DNA of 64,000 nucleotides from Patescibacteria group bacterium (GTDB lineage Bacteria; Patescibacteriota; Saccharimonadia; Saccharimonadales; JAUPVS01): NCBI GenBank assembly GCA_030916945.1, contig JAUPVS010000002.1, positions 10,688 to 74,687 of the forward strand, read 5' to 3'. Shown piece by piece: positions 56,547 to 64,000 of this stretch (position 1 is its first letter; each line of letters starts with the position of its first letter). The notes under the pieces were generated by a model. It saw only the letters and a program-made list of their open reading frames with translations, ran no database searches and was not told where the DNA came from. The position numbers and the translations under genes were made by a program.

Positions 56547-57103
56547 GATGTCTTGTTTCTTATAGTCACGGCTTCGACCGCGCCAGCTCCATTTTCGCCA
56601 ATTACATCAAAGGTTACGATAACCGGGTTGCCGGTTTTGATGGTCGGGCACTGGTAGGCAGCCTGAGTCGTCTTGCCGTCGATCACCTTACTGTTGCTAC
56701 CACTATTAATAATAGTGCACTTTTCTAATGACACATTGGCATAGATTTCTGGGGCCAGCTCCTTAAACTCCGACAGTGCGTACTGTTGTCGAACTGTTGA
56801 GGCAAGTTGGGCATAGGCAGTATCGAGATCTTTTTTAATAACAGCTTCGATGTAGGCCTCACTGACAGCGCCGGGAGTTGTACCGCTATTAGACTTTGTG
56901 GCATCAGTTTTGGCCACATTAGTAACACTTTTTGCAGGTACAAAGAAAACCATAAGAGCCAAACCCACGACAGCCAAAATAATAACGGCGGCGAACCCAA
57001 AGACCAGCGGTGAGCGCTTAGGCCGCTTCGGCGCATCTGGACCTGGTTGGTTCAGAATAAAATTAAAGTCTGGTTGATTTTGTGTTTGTTGATCCATTTT
57101 CAT
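56543..57103 (-). CDS. hypothetical single-pass membrane protein (first gene of minus-strand pilin operon)
   Basis: 186 aa. One TM (LVFGFAAVIILAVVGLALMVFFV) plus a ~130-aa external domain. ATGA overlap with pilin paralog 6. Size and topology are compatible with a VirB8-like component, but no motif support. Confidence 0.4.
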   Translation of the reverse strand: MKMDQQTQNQPDFNFILNQPGPDAPKRPKRSPLVFGFAAVIILAVVGLALMVFFVPAKSVTNVAKTDATKSNSGTTPGAVSEAYIEAVIKKDLDTAYAQLASTVRQQYALSEFKELAPEIYANVSLEKCTIINSGSNSKVIDGKTTQAAYQCPTIKTGNPVIVTFDVIGENGAGAVEAVTIRNKTS

Positions 57104-57178
57104 ACCAATTATATCCTAAACGTTGTTAATTTTATAGAGCCGTCCTTTGGTTGGGTCTTTTCAGAGAGAGCACAGAGA

Positions 57179-57207
57179 TAGACAACCCTAGACAGAGGGT
57201 ATATAAT
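57179..57207 (+). promoter_or_regulatory. candidate sigma70-type promoter (TAGACA-N17-TATAAT) in divergent T4SS intergenic region
   Basis: TAGACAaccctagacagagggtaTATAAT lies 27 nt upstream of the 57234 ATG. The 130-nt region separates the divergent pilin and T4SS-core operons. Confidence 0.35.
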
Positions 57208-57233
57208 ATAGTTACTTAAATCAGGTATGGACT

Positions 57234-58265
57234 ATGGCCATAGCGCAGGAACCATCAAGTCAGGCTCACCAACCACCCGGAGAACTCTTTACTCCAGAAA
57301 CTAGTCTTGCGCCTGGGCCCCAAGCTGATCAACTGGCCAATTTACCCACCCTAACAGATATTGGGGCTCCTAGTGCTTACACAGAATTTGATGTAGCAGA
57401 GACTCCAGTTAGTGCGGCCCCCGAGCAAACTAAGCGCCGGCGCCTTCCAGCCATTTTGGCTGCTGGCGGTGTTGCCATTGGCTTGTTAGCTGGAAGCCTG
57501 CTCTTTAACGACGATGCCGACAAGTCAACTCAAGTTACCGCCGAAACAACGTTTACGCCACCTGGCGAAGAAACAGATGAGCCCACCAGCACTTTGATAA
57601 CTCCCGAGAGGAATACCAGAACTGGCACCATTGAAACTGGTCGAATTATTCCTGGGGAGCCGACTATAACGGCCCAGCTTCCGGGCGGGAGAGAAATTAT
57701 TGTACCCAAGCCCCGAACTGATGGCAGCCCAAAGGATCTTTACGACTCTGTCTTGGCGGCATGGGCCTGTTCTATGACCTCTATCAACAAGCCTTGTAGT
57801 GACGTGCTGACCGATGGCGATGCCACTCGTGCCGACGAGTTGTCTGACTATTATTATAGTGACATTAAACCTATTGCCGAAATGAGCGATCCGACTAGGT
57901 TCCAGGTTTCGGTGTTTGACAATCCGAACAACCCCGTTAGTATTAGCTCTGAAATCGCCTCGGATGGGACGCTATTGTACAAAATAGAAAGCGGTGAACT
58001 GTTCTTTAACAGGACCGATAACCTTATAGGTTTTGATAATGGACAAAACGTCTATGGCTCAAGCGAATGGCAAGACCCAAGTACTCGTAGTTTCGGACCT
58101 TCCACCAGGTTATTCAGTAAATTCTGGATAAATGTAGGTGCGGATGTCGATGGCAACAAGAAGGTCATAGGGGTTTATTGGGAATCTGAGCAGATTGGCA
58201 TAGACCGAGCTGAGGAGCTAAAGGCACAAACTGCCGTTAAGGCCACTAGCAACAACGACAACTAA
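57234..58265 (+). CDS. hypothetical single-pass membrane/secreted protein (first gene of plus-strand T4SS operon)
   Basis: 343 aa. Pro-rich N-terminus, one TM (LPAILAAGGVAIGLLAGSLLF), and a large external domain with 2 Cys. No catalytic motif recognised. Confidence 0.4.
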   Translation: MAIAQEPSSQAHQPPGELFTPETSLAPGPQADQLANLPTLTDIGAPSAYTEFDVAETPVSAAPEQTKRRRLPAILAAGGVAIGLLAGSLLFNDDADKSTQVTAETTFTPPGEETDEPTSTLITPERNTRTGTIETGRIIPGEPTITAQLPGGREIIVPKPRTDGSPKDLYDSVLAAWACSMTSINKPCSDVLTDGDATRADELSDYYYSDIKPIAEMSDPTRFQVSVFDNPNNPVSISSEIASDGTLLYKIESGELFFNRTDNLIGFDNGQNVYGSSEWQDPSTRSFGPSTRLFSKFWINVGADVDGNKKVIGVYWESEQIGIDRAEELKAQTAVKATSNNDN

Positions 58266-58374
58266 GACCTATGCGATCACCCCTTTACAGATAAAGAATT
58301 TTAGCCCAAACTAGAGTACGAGAAATTATTAGGTTGTTATATAAGCATAAGCAACTTAGAATTAAAAAGAAGTC

Positions 58375-60939
58375 ATGCCAAAAAAACTTGCATACGTAAT
58401 TAACTCTATGCGCGCCCTCCGACGTCCTTTTTGGCTTGGGGTGGCTGTCGTCCTCTGCCTCTCTTTCGTAGGCACCATACTAAGTGGCCCGAAAGCGTAC
58501 GCCTTAGCAACGCCTCAAAGCTACCAAACGCCTAAGGTTTTTGGTGATGGCTACGGTTTTCTGTACATCGACAAGGATACCATCCTACTGACAAGCGGTA
58601 GTAGTGGCGGCCCATTCAAAGACGAAGTCACCTTTAAAATTACTGATTTCAATAAAGATTCGACTCCAAAAAAATATTACTACGAGGGAGTTGTTAATTT
58701 TAGAGAAGGCGACAAAACCCGCAGTTTCATGCTGGGTATTAAAGAAGAAGATATCAAAAAGAATGTAACCGATAAGAAACCAATACCAATCGACTCAATG
58801 GACTATAGCGCCAAAGAAAATGATGACGGCACGAACGATGTTACCGACAACTTCGCTGACTTATCGGGAGATTCGCCAAAAGGCTATGTCTTTATAGATC
58901 CGGATATCACTGATGTGGCATCCTTGAACGGTCTTGCTGGCACCACATCCGAAGAGAACGCCACTGAAGGCCTGGAATGCGAAACAACCGCCAACCCATT
59001 GACCTGGATTATGTGCCCGTTGATAGCCACCGCCAACCAAGCGGTTATTTTGCTCGATAAGGCCATTAGCAACGAAATGACGATTGATACCGATGCCTTT
59101 CTGGGTGACAACGAAAGTGGCAATGGCTTTTTTGCGGCTTGGAACAGTTTTCGGTTTATTGCCCTGGCTCTGCTAGTAATTATTGCCCTGGTTATGATCT
59201 TCTCTGAAGCCCTTTCAATTGACGCCTTCGACGCTTATACCATCAGAAAGGTTCTACCTAGGTTACTGATTGCCATTATATTAGTCACCCTGTCTTGGTC
59301 ACTCTGCAAATTTGCGATTGAGATATCGAATGACCTCGGGCAAGGTGTTGGCGCCCTTATTAATGCACCATTCGATGCAATCGAAGCTCCGGAACTGGAT
59401 AGTGGCGCAAGTACTCTGGCGGTAGCCGGCTTTGCAATTGGCGCCGGATCACTAGGACTGCTGGGGTTGCTGTCATTTGGTCTAACAGCGCTGTTAGCCG
59501 TCTTTGTGGCCTTCTTTGTATTGGTAATACGAAAGATGTTAATACTGCTCTTGGTGATCCTGGCACCAGTCGCCATTGTGGCTTCGGTGCTACCAAATAC
59601 GCAACGCTTCTGGAAAATGTGGTGGGACTTCTTTATCAAAGCCTTGTTGGCCTTCCCAATTATCATGGCCTTTATTGCTACCGGCCGAGTCTTTTCTAAA
59701 GTTGTGGCCAGCGTACCGGACGCCGGTTTACTTGAACAATTCATAGCCTTTGCCGCCTACTTCTTACCTTACTTCATGATCCCGACCGCCTTTAAACTGG
59801 CTGGTGGGGCAGTAGGGGCAGTTAGTGGCTTGGTTAACGACCGTACCAAAGGTCTGTCGGCCGGCATTGGCAAGTTCCGCCAAAACTCAGCCGCCCGTCA
59901 CCGTGAACACCAAGGTCGCCGCGTTGTTGCCAGCCGTGCTAAATGGGCAGACAATCTACAGCAAGCAAGTTCCAATACTAACCGCGGGGCTCTGTCGCGC
60001 CTCGCCCTAAAGGGTGCCTCCAAGGGAGTTGGTGGCTATAACATCCAGGCCGCCGCCTCGGCCCGCCAAGCGTCGGTTGCCAAAGAACTAAACGACCAGA
60101 TTGCGACTGGTCGCGACGAAGAAATCCGTGGTTTGACCGTCAACAAGTTGGCCGCACAACGCGCCGGCGCCTTGGTAAAAGATGCCGACGGTCATGATTC
60201 TAACGGTCTTATGCGCATAAACAAGGATTCGAAATTGCGTGAATATAAGACCCTCGGTGGCGCTTGGGTGAGTGAAGGGGCGGTCGACGCCGGTAAAAGT
60301 CGTTGGAAAAACGATGTATACGCTCAGCAAGCAGCCCTATCGTACGAAATGCGTAAGGCCGCAACTGACGAACAAGTTCAGGGTGTGGCGGATCGCTACC
60401 AGACTCTGGCCACCGGCCCAGGTGGTTGGGGCATGAGTGACGGCCAAGCCACCGGTGCCTTAAAAGGAGCTGGTTTTGAAAACCAAGGCACACACCTTGA
60501 GTTTAAGCACATGAGACTAGACGGTAGCCTGAACCATAAGGCTTTTGTTGAAGAAGCTTACGAAAAGAAGGGAAGCTACCCACTATCGCAGATGAGCGCC
60601 CATACTATACAACGCTTAAGCGAAGCCTACGACGCCGGCGATCAAACAACCAAGGACCAGGTAGCGGCTATTTCGGAAACCTTTGTGTCACGTTACGGTG
60701 GTGGGACAGGCCAACCACAGCTTGACGGTGACGGTAATCCTATCGCTGCACCACCACCAACTCCAGGAGTAGCTGCTACTGGAGGACAGAGCGTTATTCA
60801 AACCAACACTCCTGGGGCAGCTCACGTTGCCGAGGAAGTCAGAAAGCTAGCCGTAAAAACTGGCGTCTATCAAGACCTTCCTGCTTCCACCGATACAAAA
60901 TCCACAGGCCCAGAGTACAACGGACCGCGGCTTAAGTAG
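58375..60939 (+). CDS. large polytopic membrane protein, VirB6/TrbL-like (putative T4SS channel component)
   Basis: 854 aa. Signal/TM, a ~220-aa external domain, then ~6-7 TM helices (residues ~250-480), then a ~370-aa hydrophilic C-terminal domain. This architecture resembles Gram-positive VirB6 analogues (ConG/TcpH-like). Confidence 0.45.
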   Translation: MPKKLAYVINSMRALRRPFWLGVAVVLCLSFVGTILSGPKAYALATPQSYQTPKVFGDGYGFLYIDKDTILLTSGSSGGPFKDEVTFKITDFNKDSTPKKYYYEGVVNFREGDKTRSFMLGIKEEDIKKNVTDKKPIPIDSMDYSAKENDDGTNDVTDNFADLSGDSPKGYVFIDPDITDVASLNGLAGTTSEENATEGLECETTANPLTWIMCPLIATANQAVILLDKAISNEMTIDTDAFLGDNESGNGFFAAWNSFRFIALALLVIIALVMIFSEALSIDAFDAYTIRKVLPRLLIAIILVTLSWSLCKFAIEISNDLGQGVGALINAPFDAIEAPELDSGASTLAVAGFAIGAGSLGLLGLLSFGLTALLAVFVAFFVLVIRKMLILLLVILAPVAIVASVLPNTQRFWKMWWDFFIKALLAFPIIMAFIATGRVFSKVVASVPDAGLLEQFIAFAAYFLPYFMIPTAFKLAGGAVGAVSGLVNDRTKGLSAGIGKFRQNSAARHREHQGRRVVASRAKWADNLQQASSNTNRGALSRLALKGASKGVGGYNIQAAASARQASVAKELNDQIATGRDEEIRGLTVNKLAAQRAGALVKDADGHDSNGLMRINKDSKLREYKTLGGAWVSEGAVDAGKSRWKNDVYAQQAALSYEMRKAATDEQVQGVADRYQTLATGPGGWGMSDGQATGALKGAGFENQGTHLEFKHMRLDGSLNHKAFVEEAYEKKGSYPLSQMSAHTIQRLSEAYDAGDQTTKDQVAAISETFVSRYGGGTGQPQLDGDGNPIAAPPPTPGVAATGGQSVIQTNTPGAAHVAEEVRKLAVKTGVYQDLPASTDTKSTGPEYNGPRLK

Positions 60940-60993
60940 GCTGCCAGGTTTGAACTCTTTACTAATGACTCATAACTATCTACTATTTAGGTA

Positions 60994-61911
60994 ATGGCTA
61001 CTTACAGAGTTTTACAGGATATCGAAGCCGAAGATAAGCTGATTGGCCCGTTGAGCCTGCGTCAGTTTATTTATGCCATCATCGTGGCCGTGCTGGGTTA
61101 TGTTAGTTTTCGCTTGTTTACGGTTCAGCCATTCTTAATTATCCCGCTGGTTTTCCCGATGTTGCTATTCGGTATTTTGGCGGCGCCATTTGGTCATGAT
61201 CAAAGTTCGGAAATTTGGTTGCTAGCTAAGATTAGGTTTTTCCTTAAGCCACGAACACGTATTTGGGACCAGACCGGCATACGTGAGCTGGTGACCGTCA
61301 CCGCCCCTAAGAAAGTCGAGCAAATTCGTACCGACAACCTGGATGAGACCCAGGTCAGAAGCCGCCTCCAGGCCCTGGCGCAAACTATTGATACACGCGG
61401 TTGGGTGATTAAGGGCGTCGACGTCAACCTGTACAGCAACCCAACCTACATCGACCAAGCCTCCGACCGCCTAATTACACCAGGCAGCTTGCAAGGCATG
61501 CCGGTGTCGGATGTGAATGTAAACTCTAATGATGACATTCTTGATACTCGTAATAACCCGGTAGCTGCCCAAATGGCCCAGCTGGTTCAGGCCAACGATG
61601 AGGCCCATCGAAACGCCGTGTTGAACCACATGCAAAAGATTAGAACCATGCAGGATCAGACTGCCGTTGCACCACCATCTACACCAGTCACACCAGTTCA
61701 AACAGCCACCACCATGCCACCAACCACTGTGCCCACCATGCCACCGGCTGCTCCTCAGCAACAAGTGCCCACAACCCCTATGAAGCCAGCCCCTAACCCT
61801 GCTATACTAGAGCTTGCACACAATGATGATTTATCGGTTGCGACGATTGCTCGCCAAGCTAACAAAGCGGAGCTTTCGGATAATGACGAAGTAGTCATTT
61901 CACTCCGATAA
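60994..61911 (+). CDS. PrgI/VirB3-like T4SS membrane protein with Pro/Thr-rich C-terminal extension
   Basis: N-terminus VLQDIEAEDKLIGPLSLRQFIYAIIVAVLGYVSFRLF plus two TM helices matches the PrgI-family pattern (K.iGPlt.RQ...). It is encoded immediately upstream of the VirB4 genes, as in conjugative T4SS. Confidence 0.45.
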   Translation: MATYRVLQDIEAEDKLIGPLSLRQFIYAIIVAVLGYVSFRLFTVQPFLIIPLVFPMLLFGILAAPFGHDQSSEIWLLAKIRFFLKPRTRIWDQTGIRELVTVTAPKKVEQIRTDNLDETQVRSRLQALAQTIDTRGWVIKGVDVNLYSNPTYIDQASDRLITPGSLQGMPVSDVNVNSNDDILDTRNNPVAAQMAQLVQANDEAHRNAVLNHMQKIRTMQDQTAVAPPSTPVTPVQTATTMPPTTVPTMPPAAPQQQVPTTPMKPAPNPAILELAHNDDLSVATIARQANKAELSDNDEVVISLR

Positions 61912-61938
61912 TTTCAATCCAGGGGGCGGGCTAAATAT

Positions 61939-62823
61939 ATGGATCCATCACTACAGAATAATCAACCGAACTTAACTCCGGGCGCAGCTCCCGGCATACC
62001 GCCATATCAGCCTCCAGGCATGCCCGCGGTGGGAGTTATGCCACCCCGCGCGCCCGGTTACCAGCCACCGGCCGCTCCTTTGGCCGTCGCTAAGAGCAAC
62101 CCCAACAGCACCCAGAACACGCTTCAGATTGCCGAAATCCGGGACGGTATAGTCATTATGAACGACGGTTCATTCCGCTCGGTTATCATGCTCAAGTCAA
62201 TCAACTTCGACCTGATGAGCCTCAATGAACAAGAAGCGGTTGAATCGGGCTACCAAGCTTTTCTGAACTCGCTTTATTTTCCTATCCAGATCTTTATCCG
62301 CTCACAAAAAGTCGACCTTGAACCTTACATTGCCCGGCTCGACAAGATTCGCACCGAGCACGATAACATGCTTTTGGCGATGCTGATGGAAGACTACGTC
62401 ACTTTTATATCCAACCTGTCGGTTCAGACCAATATCATGGACAAGAAGTTCTACGTGGTAATCCCGTACTTCCCAGTAGCCGATGTCCAAAAAGCCATAA
62501 CTAACAGTAAGAACTTTTTTACGGGCTTAGGCGATCTATTCAGCAAGAAAGAGAAGCACGTCACCATTAATGAATCCGTGCTTGAACAAGCCAAAACCGA
62601 GCTAAGAAACCGTGTCCAGGCCACCTTGGCTGGTTTGATGCAGTGTAGCGTCCAGGGACTTCCGCTTGATACCCAGGAATTAATTGAGCTCTACTACGAC
62701 ACCTATAACCCTGACACCGCCACCCGGCAGCAGCTTAAGAATTTTGATGACTTGCAGGCACCGGTTGTTACCAAAGGGCAGGGGCAAGCCCCCCAGCCAC
62801 ACCTAGAAAGGGATTTGCAGTAA
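61939..62823 (+). CDS. VirB4/TraE-like ATPase, N-terminal segment (separate ORF) with Pro-rich leader
   Basis: IAEIRDGIVIMNDGSFRSVIMLKSINFDLMSLNEQEAVESGYQAFLNSLYFPIQIF matches the conserved VirB4 N-terminal block (Agrobacterium IVLLEDGSIMSIARIDGVAFELEE...; pIP501 TraE-like). Ends TAATG-coupled to the next ORF. Confidence 0.55.
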   Translation: MDPSLQNNQPNLTPGAAPGIPPYQPPGMPAVGVMPPRAPGYQPPAAPLAVAKSNPNSTQNTLQIAEIRDGIVIMNDGSFRSVIMLKSINFDLMSLNEQEAVESGYQAFLNSLYFPIQIFIRSQKVDLEPYIARLDKIRTEHDNMLLAMLMEDYVTFISNLSVQTNIMDKKFYVVIPYFPVADVQKAITNSKNFFTGLGDLFSKKEKHVTINESVLEQAKTELRNRVQATLAGLMQCSVQGLPLDTQELIELYYDTYNPDTATRQQLKNFDDLQAPVVTKGQGQAPQPHLERDLQ

Positions 62824-64000
62824 TGGCTTTTGGGAAGAAGAAAGACGCCGCGCCAACTGACCCAGTAATTCAGGCGCAGACTCAACAAATTCGCGAACAG
62901 CAAGAGGTTGAAGTCGCCTTCCGTAAAGGTATCACCGCTCTGCGTGACTTTATTGCGCCCAGCTCATTAGAGTTCAAACCCAACTATTTTAATCTTGGGA
63001 CACGCTTCGCCCGCACCTACTATGTTTTTGGCTATCCACGTCAGCTCTACACCGGTTGGTTGAGTAGCATGGTTAACCTCGACGAAGTTATCGACTTATC
63101 GATGTACATCTACCCTGTCGAAAGTCAGGTGGTTCTAGAAAACTTGCGTAAAAAAGTGAGTCAGCTTGAGGCGGGTATTCAGATTGACTCCGAAAAGGGT
63201 CGGGTGCGTGACCCGGGTAAGCAGGCTGCCATCATTGATGCCGAGGATATGCGCGACAAGCTACAAGTGGGCGAAGAGCGGTTCTTCCGATTTGGACTGT
63301 ATTTTACAATTTACGCTAATAGCACCGATGAACTAGAATTTGTATCTCATAAGGTAGAATCAATTCTTGGCCAGCAACTGGTTTACTCTAAGCCAGCTTC
63401 GTCACAACAAGAACACGGCCTTAACAGTACGGTGCCGCAATTCACCGACCAGTTACAGATTAGACGCAACATGAGCACCGGTGCACTTAGCACCAGTTTT
63501 CCATTCACATCAGCCGACCTAAGCCAAGATAATGGCATCTTGTATGGCATAAACATGCACAACTCTGGTTTGGTTATTTTTGACCGTTTTAGCCTAGAAA
63601 ACGGTAATGCCGTGGTCTTTGCCAAGTCGGGTGCTGGTAAGTCTTTTACCGTTAAGCTCGAAGCCCTGCGCAGCATGATGTTTGGCACCGAAGTATTTAT
63701 TATCGACCCCGAGAACGAATACCAGCGTATGTGCGAAGCCGTTGGCGGTGCCTACGTTCGACTGAGCCTTAACTCGTCCACCCGTATAAACCCATTTGAC
63801 CTGCCTAGAGTAGTCGACACCGAAGAAGCCGACAATGCCTTGCGCAGCAACTTAATAACCCTGCACGGCTTGCTACGACTTATGATGGGTGGCGCTCAAG
63901 CGCAAATCCAAGCGGCCGGGAACTCATCGATGATGGCTCCCGCCTTGAGCCCAGTCGAAGAAGCCGATCTTGACGCTGCCCTCATCGAAACCTACGCCAA
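62823..64000 (+). CDS. VirB4/TraE/TrbE-family type IV secretion ATPase (5' part; continues beyond window end)
   Basis: Hand-translated from ATG 62823. Walker A motif FAKSGAGKSF, the IIDPENEY Asp-box and NPFDL motif, and an upstream IAPSSLEFKPNYFNLGTRFARTYYVFGYP block typical of Gram-positive VirB4 homologues. Confidence 0.8.
   Translation, partial: MAFGKKKDAAPTDPVIQAQTQQIREQQEVEVAFRKGITALRDFIAPSSLEFKPNYFNLGTRFARTYYVFGYPRQLYTGWLSSMVNLDEVIDLSMYIYPVESQVVLENLRKKVSQLEAGIQIDSEKGRVRDPGKQAAIIDAEDMRDKLQVGEERFFRFGLYFTIYANSTDELEFVSHKVESILGQQLVYSKPASSQQEHGLNSTVPQFTDQLQIRRNMSTGALSTSFPFTSADLSQDNGILYGINMHNSGLVIFDRFSLENGNAVVFAKSGAGKSFTVKLEALRSMMFGTEVFIIDPENEYQRMCEAVGGAYVRLSLNSSTRINPFDLPRVVDTEEADNALRSNLITLHGLLRLMMGGAQAQIQAAGNSSMMAPALSPVEEADLDAALIETYA

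Overview
This 64-kb window looks like part of a small bacterial chromosome read with the standard genetic code (no in-frame stop recoding needed). It is not a plasmid or phage segment.

The first ~44 kb is almost entirely minus-strand housekeeping genes. In order these are ftsK, RNase J, a family-4 uracil-DNA glycosylase, pnp-rpsO-truB with a degenerate NrnA-like DHH protein, rpsT, holA, fpg, polA, a polyprenyl (GGPP-type) synthase, rpoD-dnaG, orn, msrB, mscL, argS, groES-groEL preceded by a CIRCE operator, murE, tsaD and valS. The rest of the window contains four tRNAs (three tRNA-Ser and one tRNA-Arg), an MFS transporter, comFC and hsp20.

The last ~10 kb holds a Gram-positive-type type IV secretion-like locus. 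Six tandem genes on the minus strand encode small VirB2/TrbC-like pilin paralogs. Across a divergent promoter region they face plus-strand genes for a single-pass membrane protein of unknown function, a VirB6-like polytopic membrane protein, a PrgI/VirB3-like protein, and a TraE/VirB4-like ATPase split into two translationally coupled ORFs. The ATPase runs off the window end.

Other notable content:
- a 1101-aa secreted matrixin-like metzincin;
- a three-gene phospholipid head-group operon (CDP-alcohol phosphatidyltransferase, PHP phosphoesterase, short CarS/CdsA-family cytidylyltransferase);
- an archaeal-type bifunctional PGI/PMI with a cupin partner;
- an XRE HTH-HAD hydrolase fusion;
- a DnaG whose zinc-finger ligands are all replaced;
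- several proteins carrying long Pro/Thr/Lys-rich low-complexity tails.

Together these traits suggest an ultra-small, possibly episymbiotic Patescibacteria/CPR (Saccharibacteria-like) organism. That lineage call is inference from gene content only. All protein family calls come from motif recognition by eye in the translated ORFs, and no database search was run.
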